Part shown: piece after piece, positions 1 through 9,864 of the stretch
Layout of the letters: each line of letters opens with the position of its first letter
Position numbering within the stretch: position 1 is the first letter of the stretch
Assembly (NCBI GenBank): GCA_963655595.1
Contig: CAVKGN010000001.1
Coordinates: 1-63,687 of the forward strand
From: an uncultured Oscillospiraceae bacterium
Lineage (GTDB): Bacteria; Bacteroidota; Bacteroidia; Bacteroidales; Bacteroidaceae
Direction: 5' to 3'
DNA length: 63,687 bases
Notes under the pieces: generated by a model
The model's input: only the letters and a program-made list of their open reading frames with translations
Told to the model about the DNA's origin: nothing
Databases searched by the model: none
Program-made: the position numbers and the translations under genes

Positions 1-108
1 AAATTAGGGTAGAAAAAGGGAACCGTCTACAAAAGTAGTTTACTAACGGGGAAAGTGTCTACTTTAATAGGGGATAGTCGACTTCCCCGCGAGCAGAGAA
101 TTACGGAG

Positions 109-243
109 CCTGCGCTGGTAAAAATTATCCCTGCGCTGGTGAAAGTCCTCCCTGGGAGGACTCGAATCCTCCTTGGGGGGACTCCAGTCCTCCCTGGGGG
201 GACTGCAATCCTCCCGCGGGGGACTGGAATTTCCCCGCGGAGG
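109..243. repeat. Degenerate 21-bp tandem repeat array (about 7 units), some units palindromic
   Basis: Units start at 109, 130, 151, 172, 193, 214 and 235 (CCTGCGCTGGT.. drifting to CCTGGGRGGACT..); AGTCCTCCC-T-GGGAGGACT at 144-162 is a perfect dyad. Confidence 0.8.
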
Positions 244-1206
244 TCAAAAATTATAGGCGTGCATGAAATTTCTTACCCGGGCGGTGTATTCGGCGGGGTA
301 GAGGTGGTAGCTGCGGGCGTGGGGAGCGCCGGGGGCAAGCCAGAGGGCCTTGGGAGCGGGTTTGGCGCGGTAGAGGGGGTAGACCATGCTCGTGGGGACG
401 AATTTGTCGGCCGTGCCGTGGATGAAGAGCATGGGCTTGTGGCAACGGGAGACCTGGCGAAGGGCTGAGGCCTCGTTGAAGTTCCACCCGTAGCGCAGTT
501 GGCAGAGTGCCGAGGCGGCGGGAATAATGGGGAACTCAGGCAGATGGAAACGTTCGGCGAGTTCTTTGGTGAACTGGTCGTGCACGGAGGTGTAGCCGCA
601 GTCCTCCACGTATGCCTTGACGCTTGCTGGCACGTCGGCGTCGCCCGAGAGCATCATGGTGGTGGCGGCACCCATCGACACACCGTGAACCACAATGCGC
701 ACGCTGTCGGAGAAGAGCCGTGGTGCGACATCTACCCAGCGGCGCACGTCGAGGCGGTCGAACCAGCCCATCTGGAAGTGGTCGCCCCCGCTGTGGCCAG
801 CGTTTCGGAGGTCGGGCACGAGGATGTTCATACCCAGGCTGTCGAGGTACATTCGTCCCAGCGGGAGCATACGTACGGCGTTGTCCGTGTAGCCGTGCAC
901 AAGCAATGCCGTGCGTGCCGTGGGTTTAGCCGCACGTACGTAGTAAGCGTGCAGACGTGTGCCGTCGGTGGCCAGGAGCATAGTGTCGCGCAAGGCATGG
1001 GCGGCGATGAGCGAGTCGCGCCATTGAAGCATGCCAGGATAAAGGGAGTCCACCTGCTGCCACGCCAGTTGCTCGTTGCGGGCGCGGTCGCCGGGTTTGA
1101 GGGCATAGTCAATCATGTACCACGAGCCGCCGAGCGTTGCGGCGACGAGGAGCAGGAGGATGAGCAAGAGGGCGGTCAGGAGTTTCTTGCTGCAGCGTTT
1201 AGTCAT
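244..1206 (-). CDS. Membrane-anchored alpha/beta hydrolase (YqkD-like)
   Basis: N-terminal TM segment, VHGY motif, GVSMG nucleophile elbow, FIHGTADKFVP and a catalytic His (GAPHA); start taken at MTKRCS (1206). Confidence 0.85.
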   Translation of the reverse strand: MTKRCSKKLLTALLLILLLLVAATLGGSWYMIDYALKPGDRARNEQLAWQQVDSLYPGMLQWRDSLIAAHALRDTMLLATDGTRLHAYYVRAAKPTARTALLVHGYTDNAVRMLPLGRMYLDSLGMNILVPDLRNAGHSGGDHFQMGWFDRLDVRRWVDVAPRLFSDSVRIVVHGVSMGAATTMMLSGDADVPASVKAYVEDCGYTSVHDQFTKELAERFHLPEFPIIPAASALCQLRYGWNFNEASALRQVSRCHKPMLFIHGTADKFVPTSMVYPLYRAKPAPKALWLAPGAPHARSYHLYPAEYTARVRNFMHAYNF

Positions 1207-1273
1207 GGGGTAGGGGATGAGATGTTTGAGAAAAAAGGAGCGACCCAAGAGCCGCCCCTGTGTAGGTTGATGC

Positions 1274-2449
1274 TTAGAAACGAGCCGTTACCTGTACGTC
1301 GAACGTGTTGTAGTGCGAGTCCTTGGGCGTGGCAGCATGGCGCGCCGAGCGGTCGTCAGTAAACGTGTAGTTGAGCTGGAAGATGAGGTTCTTCCCCAGC
1401 GTGTAGTTGCCCGAAAGCCCGTAGTTGGTGCAGAGCGACTTCCAACTGTGTTTGTCGTTGCGGTAGCAGTCGTAGCGACCGTATATTTTAAGTCCTTTCA
1501 CCACGGGTACACCCAGCGTAGCGTACCAAGCATCGGAGTGGTCGGGCGCTGTGGCGTCGGTGACTACGCCGCCCACCGAACTCATGTATTCCCCGCGCAC
1601 GGTCCAGTCGCTCTCGTACTTCAAGCCCGCGCCCCAGCGCACGCGCTTCACGCTCTTGAGCGACAGAGGATCGGCGGCGTTGTACTTCTCGTTGGTGTAC
1701 TTGCCGTTCCACCCAAAGCCGCCGATGCAAAGGTTCTTGATGGGCGAAATCCAAAGGCCCCCGATCACGTCCTTGTGGTGGTCCTTGTCCGTATGGTTAA
1801 TGCCCTGCCCGTTGAATACGCCCAGCTGGTAGTGAACCCACTTGTGGCCGTCGGCGCCAGGGATGAAGTCGCCCTGAATCTGCACGCCCACGTCGCGCCC
1901 CGAGCTCTTGTTGTAGCTGCCCTCGCCGTTGCGGTCGCTGATGGAGGCGAGCTTCATTGTAGCCTGCGAGTACGAGCCCATACCGATGGCAAGCGGACTC
2001 ATAGGATTCTCAAAGCCGAACGAACGCTTGAACTGTCCGAGCTTAATGCGCAGGAAGTCGAACTTCTGCCACTCCACAAAGGCATCGAGCACGCGTGGTC
2101 CCTTGTTGTCGCCGGGGGCGCCGTTCACCTCCATCTGCAATTTGTAGTAGAAATCCTTGAACACGTGACCATCGGCGTAGAGGCGGATGAAACGCAGGTC
2201 GAAGCCGCCGTTTGTAGCCTCGCCGCTGCGGTCGGATATAGAATATTTGCCCATGATGTAGCCGCCAAACTTGATGCTCGGCTGCATCTTTTCAACCACG
2301 GGGCTGTGACCCTTGGCGCGCAGCGTGTAGCCAGGCGTTTCGTAGTCAGGATTTTGGAAGGACTGCGCTGCGAGGCTATCAGCCTCTTCGGCGTGAAGGC
2401 CGAGACTGGCGAGCGCAAGAGTGGAAAGGAGTATGCTTTTGCGTATCAT
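1274..2449 (-). CDS. Outer-membrane porin, phosphate-selective porin O/P-like
   Basis: Signal peptide MIRKSILL.., GFDLRFIRL, LDAFVEW, GQFKRSFGFE, GVFNGQG motifs, C-terminal Phe. Confidence 0.75.
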   Translation of the reverse strand: MIRKSILLSTLALASLGLHAEEADSLAAQSFQNPDYETPGYTLRAKGHSPVVEKMQPSIKFGGYIMGKYSISDRSGEATNGGFDLRFIRLYADGHVFKDFYYKLQMEVNGAPGDNKGPRVLDAFVEWQKFDFLRIKLGQFKRSFGFENPMSPLAIGMGSYSQATMKLASISDRNGEGSYNKSSGRDVGVQIQGDFIPGADGHKWVHYQLGVFNGQGINHTDKDHHKDVIGGLWISPIKNLCIGGFGWNGKYTNEKYNAADPLSLKSVKRVRWGAGLKYESDWTVRGEYMSSVGGVVTDATAPDHSDAWYATLGVPVVKGLKIYGRYDCYRNDKHSWKSLCTNYGLSGNYTLGKNLIFQLNYTFTDDRSARHAATPKDSHYNTFDVQVTARF

Positions 2450-2476
2450 TCTGAGGATTTTGTTTTGTAAGCGTGG

Positions 2477-2484
2477 CAAAATTA
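2477..2484 (-). promoter_or_regulatory. Bacteroidota -7 promoter box (TAATTTTG) for the porin gene
   Basis: Matches TAnnTTTG about 30 bp upstream of the start codon. Confidence 0.55.
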
Positions 2485-2612
2485 CCATAAAAATGCTTAT
2501 TCCCCCTCCGCAGCACGGCAGTCGCAGCGGCAAAGGCGCCGAAAACACGGCAAAAGTGGCCCTTTCGCAAGAAAAAGCCCCCGCGGCGGCCGTTTGCGAG
2601 GGAAATCTTTAT

Positions 2613-2620
2613 TAACTTTG
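2613..2620 (+). promoter_or_regulatory. Bacteroidota -7 promoter box (TAACTTTG), likely the rho promoter
   Basis: TAnnTTTG match; implies a leader of about 400 nt. Confidence 0.5.
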
Positions 2621-3026
2621 CTCTCGAAAGTAATGGAAGCGGCGCACCATCGTGCATAGCACCGAACGGGAAACGCCGCATGTCGTTAAGAATGCGCAAG
2701 CCCGCGGCAAAGGACGGCGGAATGAGATTCGCCAGCCGCAAACGGCAACCCACAACAACGCGCATGGCAAAGGACTACCTTTCTTCGTTATTCTGAAAGT
2801 CCTTTGCGCTTTTCCCCAAGAATAAATCACACATCCTTTCGCTCATTCCCCCCAGTTTAGAACCCTCTAAACGCTCGCTGCGCTATGCGCATATATAATA
2901 TATGTGTGCCCTGCGGCGGGGAGAAGAACGGAACATAGGTTTCACCGATTTGCCAAAAAACACGTTCCGCCAGCTACGGACGGTGCGGAACACTATACCC
3001 CACACAAGAAATAGTAATACCTCTAT

Positions 3027-5033
3027 ATGTTGAACTTAACCAAAGAACAGCTCCTTGAGCTGAGCGACGCTGAACTTCTTGCCAAAGCGCAAGAAATGGA
3101 AATAGAGAATACCGACGGGAAAGCCAAGAGCGAACTCGTTTACGAAATACTCGATGCGCAGGCCATACGGTCGGCCGCTGAGGCAGCCCCTGTGAAAAGG
3201 CGCACCCGCATTGTGAAGAAAGCCGAGGCCGACCGCGTGTTCACCTCAGCCGAACCCGCTGCCGACAGCCCCGCACCCCGCAAGCGCACCCGCATAGCCG
3301 CAAAGGACAAAGTGGCCCTCGACGCCATTGAAACCACTGCCGCAGCCGCTGCTGCCGAAATGGCGGAACTCACCGCCGCGGACAAGGCCGAGAGCCAGCC
3401 AGCCGCTGTTGAACCAGTTGCAGAGACTGCCGCTCCGGCCGCCGAGGTGCCCGACTTCGTGGCAGAACAGATACAGGAGTCCAAAACCGACGTGGCGCTG
3501 AACAATGTGACCGACGTGTTGGACATGGAAGAGGTGAAGCGCACCTTGCAGAAGAGCACTGCCCCCGAACCCATACAGCGCAACCTGCCGCCCGTGACCG
3601 ACAGCGCCGAAAATCCCAACAATAGCACCGACTTCATCATTACCCGCGACGTACCCGCCGTGTACGAGACCGACGATACGCAGATTGTCCCCGTATCTGG
3701 TCTGCAAGCCGACTTGGCAGCAGGCAACGATGAGGCTGTCGACGGTGCCGCACAGAAGGTGAAGTTCCACCGCTTCAAGGACGACCCCATGATGCAGGGC
3801 AACGCCCCCGAGAAGGCCGAGGCAAAGCCCGCTACTGAGAAGGCTAAGCCCGCCCCCCGCACTGTCCGCGCCACCAACGGCAAAGAACCGCAGAGCGCAG
3901 CCGCAGCCCAGGTGGTGACCCACTTGCTCGATGGTCGCGGCGTGTTGGAGATTGTCCCCGAAGGCTTTGGTTTCCTCCGCTCCTCCGATTACAATTACTT
4001 GGCCTCGCCCGACGACATCTACGTGTCGCCCACGCAAATACGCCAGATGGGACTGAAACCCGGCGACGTGGTGGAGGGCAAGGTGAAGATACCGCGCGAG
4101 GGCGAGAAGTTCTTCGCCCTGGTGAGCGTAGACCGCATCAACGGACTCGCCCCCGCCGAGGTGCGCGACCGCATAGCCTTTGAACACCTTGTGCCCCTCT
4201 TCCCCGAAGAGAAATTCAACATCTGCACGGGGCGCAACGACAGCATATCATGCCGCATCGTCGACCTGTTCACCCCCATCGGTAAGGGACAGCGCGCACT
4301 CATCGTGGCGCAGCCCAAGACGGGTAAGACCATGCTCATGAAGGACATTGCCAACGCCATAGCCCGCAATCACCCCGACACGTACCTGATGATGCTGCTC
4401 ATTGACGAGCGCCCCGAGGAAGTGACCGACATGATGCGCACGGTGAACGCCGAGGTAATTGCCTCCACGTTTGACGAACCAGCCGCTCGCCACGTGAAAA
4501 TAGCCGGCATCGTGCTTGAAAAGGCTAAGCGCATGGTAGAGTGTGGCCACGACGTGGTCATCTTCCTCGACTCCATCACTCGTCTGGCTCGCGCCTACAA
4601 CACCGTGGCGCCCGCATCGGGCAAGATACTCTCGGGTGGTGTCGACGCCAACGCCCTGCAAAAGCCCAAGCGCTTCTTTGGTGCGGCTCGAAACATCGAG
4701 GGCGGCGGTTCGCTCACCATCATCGCCACAGCCCTTATCGACACAGGCTCGAAGATGGACGAAGTTATCTTCGAAGAATTCAAGGGTACGGGCAACATGG
4801 AACTGCAACTCGACCGCGCGTTGGCAAACAAGCGCATCTTCCCGGCAGTCAACATTGTGGCATCGTCCACACGTCGCGACGACCTGCTCCAGGACGAACT
4901 CACGCGCAAACGTATGTGGGTACTTCGCAACTACATCGCCGACATGAACCCCCTCGAGGCCATGACCGACGTGAAGAAACGCATGGAGAACACCCTGGAC
5001 AACGCCGAATTTATGGCATCTATGAACGGATAG
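3027..5033 (+). CDS. rho: Transcription termination factor Rho with long low-complexity N-terminal insertion
   Basis: Rho_N helix bundle, [18 protein letters not shown]-binding domain, [15 protein letters not shown] Walker [33 protein letters not shown]. Confidence 0.98.
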   Translation: MLNLTKEQLLELSDAELLAKAQEMEIENTDGKAKSELVYEILDAQAIRSAAEAAPVKRRTRIVKKAEADRVFTSAEPAADSPAPRKRTRIAAKDKVALDAIETTAAAAAAEMAELTAADKAESQPAAVEPVAETAAPAAEVPDFVAEQIQESKTDVALNNVTDVLDMEEVKRTLQKSTAPEPIQRNLPPVTDSAENPNNSTDFIITRDVPAVYETDDTQIVPVSGLQADLAAGNDEAVDGAAQKVKFHRFKDDPMMQGNAPEKAEAKPATEKAKPAPRTVRATNGKEPQSAAAAQVVTHLLDGRGVLEIVPEGFGFLRSSDYNYLASPDDIYVSPTQIRQMGLKPGDVVEGKVKIPREGEKFFALVSVDRINGLAPAEVRDRIAFEHLVPLFPEEKFNICTGRNDSISCRIVDLFTPIGKGQRALIVAQPKTGKTMLMKDIANAIARNHPDTYLMMLLIDERPEEVTDMMRTVNAEVIASTFDEPAARHVKIAGIVLEKAKRMVECGHDVVIFLDSITRLARAYNTVAPASGKILSGGVDANALQKPKRFFGAARNIEGGGSLTIIATALIDTGSKMDEVIFEEFKGTGNMELQLDRALANKRIFPAVNIVASSTRRDDLLQDELTRKRMWVLRNYIADMNPLEAMTDVKKRMENTLDNAEFMASMNG

Positions 5034-5061
5034 CCCGCTCAAAGCTTTCCGCATTGCATAC

Positions 5062-5193
5062 ACGGCAACCGCCGACAGCCACTCCCCAGTGCAAGCAAGC
5101 ACCAAGGGATGTAGCTGCCGGCGGTTGCCGTTTTCGTGCTCCGTGGTCGCGTTTTTGTACTCCGCGGTTGCCGTGTTTGTGTTCCGTGGTCGC
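5062..5193. repeat. Long hairpin (5062-5131) overlapping a 2x43-bp repeat built from alternating 22/21-bp units, downstream of rho
   Basis: ACGGCAACCGCCG at 5062 pairs with CGGCGGTTGCCGT at 5119; GCGGTTGCCGT..CCGTGGTCGC at 5121 and 5164. Confidence 0.7.
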
Positions 5194-5296
5194 AGAAAAT
5201 CCCGAACGTTTGCGGCGTATTGTCAGGTAGGCTTGGTAAAATGGCTCGCTAATGTCAGGCAGGTCGTGCCGAAAGCCTGATTATTTGCGCAAAGTG

Positions 5297-5327
5297 TTTG
5301 TCAGTGTGCAAATTGTTCCTACTTTTG
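5297..5327 (+). promoter_or_regulatory. Bacteroidota sigma-A promoter (TTTG-N19-TACTTTTG)
   Basis: Canonical -33/-7 boxes with 19-bp spacing upstream of the FadL-like gene. Confidence 0.7.
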
Positions 5328-5356
5328 CCGCCGTTTAGAACAACAAAAGCGAAATA

Positions 5357-6928
5357 ATGAAAAGAACTCTCCTCACCGCGGCACTCGTTGCCACAGCCTT
5401 TGCAGGGGCAAAGGCCGGCGGTTACCTTACGAACACGAACCAGAGTGTAAGTTTTCTGCGCAACCCGGCACGCGATGCCGTGATAGCCATTGACGGCGCA
5501 TATGCCAACCCTGCCGGCATCGGTTTTATGGGGACTGGCTGGCACCTGGGTTTTGACCTTCAGAGTGCCTATCAGACCCGTACGGACAAGGTGACGTTTG
5601 AACCCTTCGCCCTCGGTACGGTGAACGGCGTGAAGAACGGAACCTCTGGCTACAAGGAGTTTGAGGGAAAGGCAAAGGCGCCCGTTATCCCTTCGTTCGA
5701 CTTGGCCCGCGTGGGTAAGCACTGGTTTGCTTCGTTCCACTTCGGCGTGACTGGCGGTGGCGGCAAGTGCAACTTCAGCAATGGCCTGCCCTCGTTCGAG
5801 AGTCAGGTGGCTATGCTCCCGCTCATTGCCGATGCCATGCAGCCCGGCGCGGTAGAGGGATACACAATGGACACCAAGATGCGCGGACGTCAGTACTACT
5901 TCGGCGGACAGTTTGGCGTGGGTTACAAGGTGACGCCCGACTTCAACGTGAGCGTAGGCGGTCGCGTGGTGTACGCACAGTGTAACTATTACGGCTACGT
6001 GCGCAACATCGGCGTAGTGGTTGGCGGACAGCAGATGCCGGCAACGACGTTCTTGGAGAACGCTGGCATGGGAGAGTACACGGCTCTCGTGTCCGACCGT
6101 GAGCTCAACTGCGACCAGACGGGTTGGGGCTTTACGCCCATCGTGAGTGTGAACTACCGCCTGGCTAAGAAGGTGAACCTGTCGGCACGTTATGAGTTTA
6201 AGACCCGTCTGCGCTTGAAGAACCAGGCCGGCGTAAACACCAGCGGTCTTTCCGAGTACGACGACGGGAAGAAGGTGAAGGCCGACATACCCGCTATCCT
6301 TGCTGTCGGCGTGGCCTACGAGGCTCTGCCCAGTCTGCGCTTGAACGGCGGTTTCCACTATTATTTCGACCGTCAGGCTACGCAGCACGAGGACAAGCAC
6401 AACTACCTGAAGCATGGTGGTTGGGAAGTGCTTGCCGGTGCGGAATACGACGTAACCAAGCGTTGGACCATCAGTGCCGGTTGGCAGACCACCCACTACG
6501 GACTGGGCAAGGACAGCAAGTTTATTAGCGACATGAGTTTCGTGACAAACTCTAACTCCATGGGTATTGGTGCACGCTTCCAGCTGCGTAAGAAGGTGGC
6601 GCTCAACATTGCCTACTTCAAGACGTTCTACAAGGAGTACAAGCGCACGCAAAACGACTTCTACGGCTTGAACGCGAAGTACAAAGATATGCTCACGCCG
6701 AAGCTTGCCCCGGCCTTGCAGCAACTCAGCGCGGGTAAGGCACAGCTTGAAGCCGCCCTGCAAACGCCCGGTCTGCCCGACGATCAGAAGTCCGTTATGC
6801 AGCAGAAGCTTAACGGCATAAACAGCCAGCTTTCCGCCGTGAACAAGATTGTAAATCCTATCTCGGGCACCGAAACCTTCCACCGCACGAACGATGTGTT
6901 CGGTTTGGGCTTGGAGATTGACTTCTAA
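5357..6928 (+). CDS. OmpP1/FadL-family outer-membrane beta-barrel protein
   Basis: Signal peptide, GGYLTNTNQS..RNPAR..AYANPAG N-terminus typical of Bacteroidota FadL-like proteins, C-terminal Phe. Confidence 0.8.
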   Translation: MKRTLLTAALVATAFAGAKAGGYLTNTNQSVSFLRNPARDAVIAIDGAYANPAGIGFMGTGWHLGFDLQSAYQTRTDKVTFEPFALGTVNGVKNGTSGYKEFEGKAKAPVIPSFDLARVGKHWFASFHFGVTGGGGKCNFSNGLPSFESQVAMLPLIADAMQPGAVEGYTMDTKMRGRQYYFGGQFGVGYKVTPDFNVSVGGRVVYAQCNYYGYVRNIGVVVGGQQMPATTFLENAGMGEYTALVSDRELNCDQTGWGFTPIVSVNYRLAKKVNLSARYEFKTRLRLKNQAGVNTSGLSEYDDGKKVKADIPAILAVGVAYEALPSLRLNGGFHYYFDRQATQHEDKHNYLKHGGWEVLAGAEYDVTKRWTISAGWQTTHYGLGKDSKFISDMSFVTNSNSMGIGARFQLRKKVALNIAYFKTFYKEYKRTQNDFYGLNAKYKDMLTPKLAPALQQLSAGKAQLEAALQTPGLPDDQKSVMQQKLNGINSQLSAVNKIVNPISGTETFHRTNDVFGLGLEIDF

Positions 6929-6967
6929 GAAAAACGCAATAGCCACGGCTTACTATAAATTGTGACG

Positions 6968-7000
6968 AAGCCGCTCCCAACGAATGGGGGCGGCTTTTTT
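6968..7000 (+). terminator. Intrinsic terminator
   Basis: AAGCCGCTCCCA..TGGGGGCGGCTT stem followed by a T-run. Confidence 0.8.
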
Positions 7001-7067
7001 GAACCCCGACGTGCAGACAGACGGGCGTTTTAGGTTATCTTTGTACGCACAAAAAAAGATAAACTGA

Positions 7068-8090
7068 ATGGAACTGTTTGAAATGTCGTTGTGTTTATGT
7101 GCGATAACCGCCTGTGTGTTGCTCACGGTGACGCTGCTGGTGTGGCGGGCCGACGAGGAAACAGCCCCGGTGCGCAGTTCCTGTCCGTTGGCCGCCTTGG
7201 TCTCGTTTCTTTATGCCGTACTGTTCGGCACGGTGTTCTGGGTTACGCCTTTTGCGTCCCGGCCAAGGGTTATCGACGTGTCTTTCCTCCTTATTTACGT
7301 GGCGCACCTTGTACTTACGGTGGCGATGAAAAGGCTGCTGCAAGGCACACCGCTCCGTCGGCGGCAAAAGTCGTGGCTACTGCTCCCCGTGTTGGCAGTG
7401 TGGGCATTGGCCTTCTTTGCAGAACTAACGGTGGCGCGCATAGCGTTGGCTTTTCTGACCTTGTTGGGAATAGTAGGCATGACGATCAGTCTGGGTATCG
7501 ACCTGCGCCAACATGCTAAAAGGAAAGGATATGACCAGGACGTGCGCAAGTTCGAAGCCGTCGTTTTTGTGTTCTATATATTAATAGGAGTGCTGTCGTG
7601 GGTAATGGCCCTTTTGCAGGGCATGGCGTTCCTGGTGGCAGCGTGGCTACTTACGGCGATGAGCGTGGGGCTTTCCGTATGGTTCTACAATAGGCAGAGC
7701 TTGTACCTCCCCCACTTTTCAACCAACGACGTAGAACCTATGCCCGTAGCCGAAGAGCCCGAAGAGCCGACCGAAGACGAGGAAGTGCCGCTCTCGCTGA
7801 GGTTGGTGCGGTGGGAACGCCAAGAAAACCGTCCCTACCTGGAGAAGAGCCTAACCTTGAAGAAGGTGGCCGAACAGTTGGATACTACACCGCGGCTCCT
7901 GAGCGAATACATCAACCGTCAGCTCGGCGTAAACTTTAATACTTACGTCAACCAACTGCGTGTGCGCTATGTGGAGCAGGAACTCAAAGAGCACCCCGAG
8001 GCACGCTTGCAGGACTTGGCGAGCAAGGCAGGTTTCACGGACAGTTCCGCCCTGCTGAGAGTGATGAAGAAAATGTCGGACAACTCATAA
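7068..8090 (+). CDS. Membrane-embedded AraC-family transcriptional regulator
   Basis: About 7 hydrophobic segments, then an AraC HTH (YLEKSLTLKKVAEQL..LSEYIN..NFNTYVNQLRV..AGF); TATCTTTG at 7036-7043. Confidence 0.85.
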   Translation: MELFEMSLCLCAITACVLLTVTLLVWRADEETAPVRSSCPLAALVSFLYAVLFGTVFWVTPFASRPRVIDVSFLLIYVAHLVLTVAMKRLLQGTPLRRRQKSWLLLPVLAVWALAFFAELTVARIALAFLTLLGIVGMTISLGIDLRQHAKRKGYDQDVRKFEAVVFVFYILIGVLSWVMALLQGMAFLVAAWLLTAMSVGLSVWFYNRQSLYLPHFSTNDVEPMPVAEEPEEPTEDEEVPLSLRLVRWERQENRPYLEKSLTLKKVAEQLDTTPRLLSEYINRQLGVNFNTYVNQLRVRYVEQELKEHPEARLQDLASKAGFTDSSALLRVMKKMSDNS

Positions 8091-8126
8091 GGCCCTGCCT
8101 CTTGTATAAATTCTCTTCCCAAATGC

Positions 8127-8693
8127 TTAGTTTGCGCTGACCACGTCGCCGCCGTTCTCTCCGCCCAGTTCCACGAGGCGGTCTACGACGAGGCGACGCA
8201 CCTCAGCGTTCGCCATCCGCGGAATGTCCCGGATGGCGCAGCCGCTGAATGCCGCCTGAATGGTACGGTTGAATAGCCCGTGGCCAACGGCAAGCACACG
8301 TTTCCCTTCATAATTAAGGTACACGTAGCGGAGAAACTGTGCCGCCCGTTCAAACATCTGATCCACCGTCTCGGCATCGTCGGGGATAGGCTCGCAGTGC
8401 GCACGGGCGATGCTCACTCCCGTAAAACTACCCCAGTCACGCTCGCGCAGCAGCGGGCAGGGCACGATGGGCAGGTGCAACTCCTTATTAATAATGTGTG
8501 CCGTGTCGAGCGTGCGTTGCAGGTCGCTTGCCAGGATAAGGTCGTAGCCCCTTGCGTCCCCTGCCAACGCATGTGCCAGTTCGCGGGCCTGCTCTCTGCC
8601 TTTTGCCGTGAGGTGTCCGGGCAGGTGCCCTTGAAGTATTTGAGCCACGTTCTCTTCCGTCTCGCCGTGCCTCGCTAAAAACAGTTCTACCAT
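8127..8693 (-). CDS. Histidine phosphatase (phosphoglycerate-mutase-like) family protein
   Basis: RHGET motif, SDLQRT, LRERDWG, VGHG. Confidence 0.9.
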   Translation of the reverse strand: MVELFLARHGETEENVAQILQGHLPGHLTAKGREQARELAHALAGDARGYDLILASDLQRTLDTAHIINKELHLPIVPCPLLRERDWGSFTGVSIARAHCEPIPDDAETVDQMFERAAQFLRYVYLNYEGKRVLAVGHGLFNRTIQAAFSGCAIRDIPRMANAEVRRLVVDRLVELGGENGGDVVSAN

Positions 8694-8885
8694 GCTGTGT
8701 GTTACGTTTTACCCCGGCGAAGTTACGATTTATACATTATATGCAAGAATGCGCATTTGATATGATAAAGCAATGTACGCGTATCATAATGCACGAAAAA
8801 CGGGCTAAAAAGTAGAAAATTGAGATTTTTTAGTCGCAGAAGTAAGAAAAGTGAAGAAAACTGCGTGCAGACGACATGAATATTA

Positions 8886-8893
8886 TATCTTTG
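8886..8893 (+). promoter_or_regulatory. -7 promoter box (TATCTTTG) for dapF-dapL-glnA
   Basis: TAnnTTTG 25 bp upstream of the dapF start. Confidence 0.6.
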
Positions 8894-8918
8894 CAGCATT
8901 AAAACAAAACCAAACAGA

Positions 8919-9770
8919 ATGAGCAAGCTGATCCACTTCACGAAGATGCACGGTGCGGGCAACGACTACATCTATGTCAACACGCTGAAATATCCCGTGG
9001 AGAACCCCGAACACCTGTCCGAAATTTGGAGCGACAGGCACAAGGGTATTGGCGGCGACGGCCTTGTACTGATTGGCGAAGGCGCAGACGGAGCAGACTT
9101 CTCGATGCGCATATTCAATAACGACGGCAGCGAAGCCCGCATGTGCGGTAACGCCTCGCGCTGCGTTGGTAAGTACCTTTATGAATATGGTCTTACTACG
9201 AAAACGGAAGTAAAACTCTCTACGCTCTCTGGCATTAAGATCCTGAAACTCCACGTCGATGAGGCGGGTCATGTGGAGAGCGTGACAGTGGATATGGACG
9301 CGCCCAGTCTTGCCGTTCCTTCGCAGATAGCTACGCCCGACGGATCGATGAAGGAAGGTAAGGTACTTAGCATCACGGGGCATGAATATACTGGAACGTT
9401 TGTGTCGATGGGCAACCCTCACTTTGTAGTCTTTGTGGACGACGCAGCAAGTTTCGACGTGGCTGGCGTGGGTAAGAGCTTGGAGTTTGCCTCCATCTTC
9501 CCCGAACGATGCAACATCGAGTTTGCCACCGTACTGCCCAGCGGCGACATTCGCATGCGAGTGTGGGAACGAGGTTCCGGCATTACGATGGCCTGCGGAA
9601 CGGGTGCCTGCGCAACGGCAGTAGCGGCAGCACTTACCAACCGCGCAGGGCGTGAAAGCAACATCGTGATGGACGGCGGCACGCTGCATATTGTCTGGGA
9701 CGAGACTACGGGACATGTGCTTATGACGGGTCCAGCAACAAAGGTCTTTGACGGTGAAATAGAAATATAA
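8919..9770 (+). CDS. dapF: Diaminopimelate epimerase
   Basis: [56 protein letters not shown]. Confidence 0.98.
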   Translation: MSKLIHFTKMHGAGNDYIYVNTLKYPVENPEHLSEIWSDRHKGIGGDGLVLIGEGADGADFSMRIFNNDGSEARMCGNASRCVGKYLYEYGLTTKTEVKLSTLSGIKILKLHVDEAGHVESVTVDMDAPSLAVPSQIATPDGSMKEGKVLSITGHEYTGTFVSMGNPHFVVFVDDAASFDVAGVGKSLEFASIFPERCNIEFATVLPSGDIRMRVWERGSGITMACGTGACATAVAAALTNRAGRESNIVMDGGTLHIVWDETTGHVLMTGPATKVFDGEIEI

Positions 9771-9782
9771 AACAAACATCTG

Positions 9783-9841
9783 TGGGAGCGCGGTTTTGAA
9801 CAACGAAGCAACGTTAGCGCGAGTTCAAAACCGCACTCCCA
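9783..9841. repeat. Intergenic inverted repeat (19-bp arms, one mismatch)
   Basis: TGGGAGCGCGGTTTTGAAC .. GTTCAAAACCGCACTCCCA between dapF and dapL. Confidence 0.75.
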
Positions 9842-9864
9842 TAAAAGTTTCCATTAAGATACAC

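Noticed and set aside
55..468. 137-aa ORF with a heptad-like repeat
   Set aside because: It is a translation of the 21-bp array running antisense into the hydrolase gene, with no support as a protein.
5255..6946. Long antisense ORFs (also 11293-13569, 9814-11166, 42597-43937, 32308-33897, 51765-53183, 62663-63670 and others)
   Set aside because: They are shadows of well-supported genes on the opposite strand, caused by codon bias, and show no recognisable motifs.
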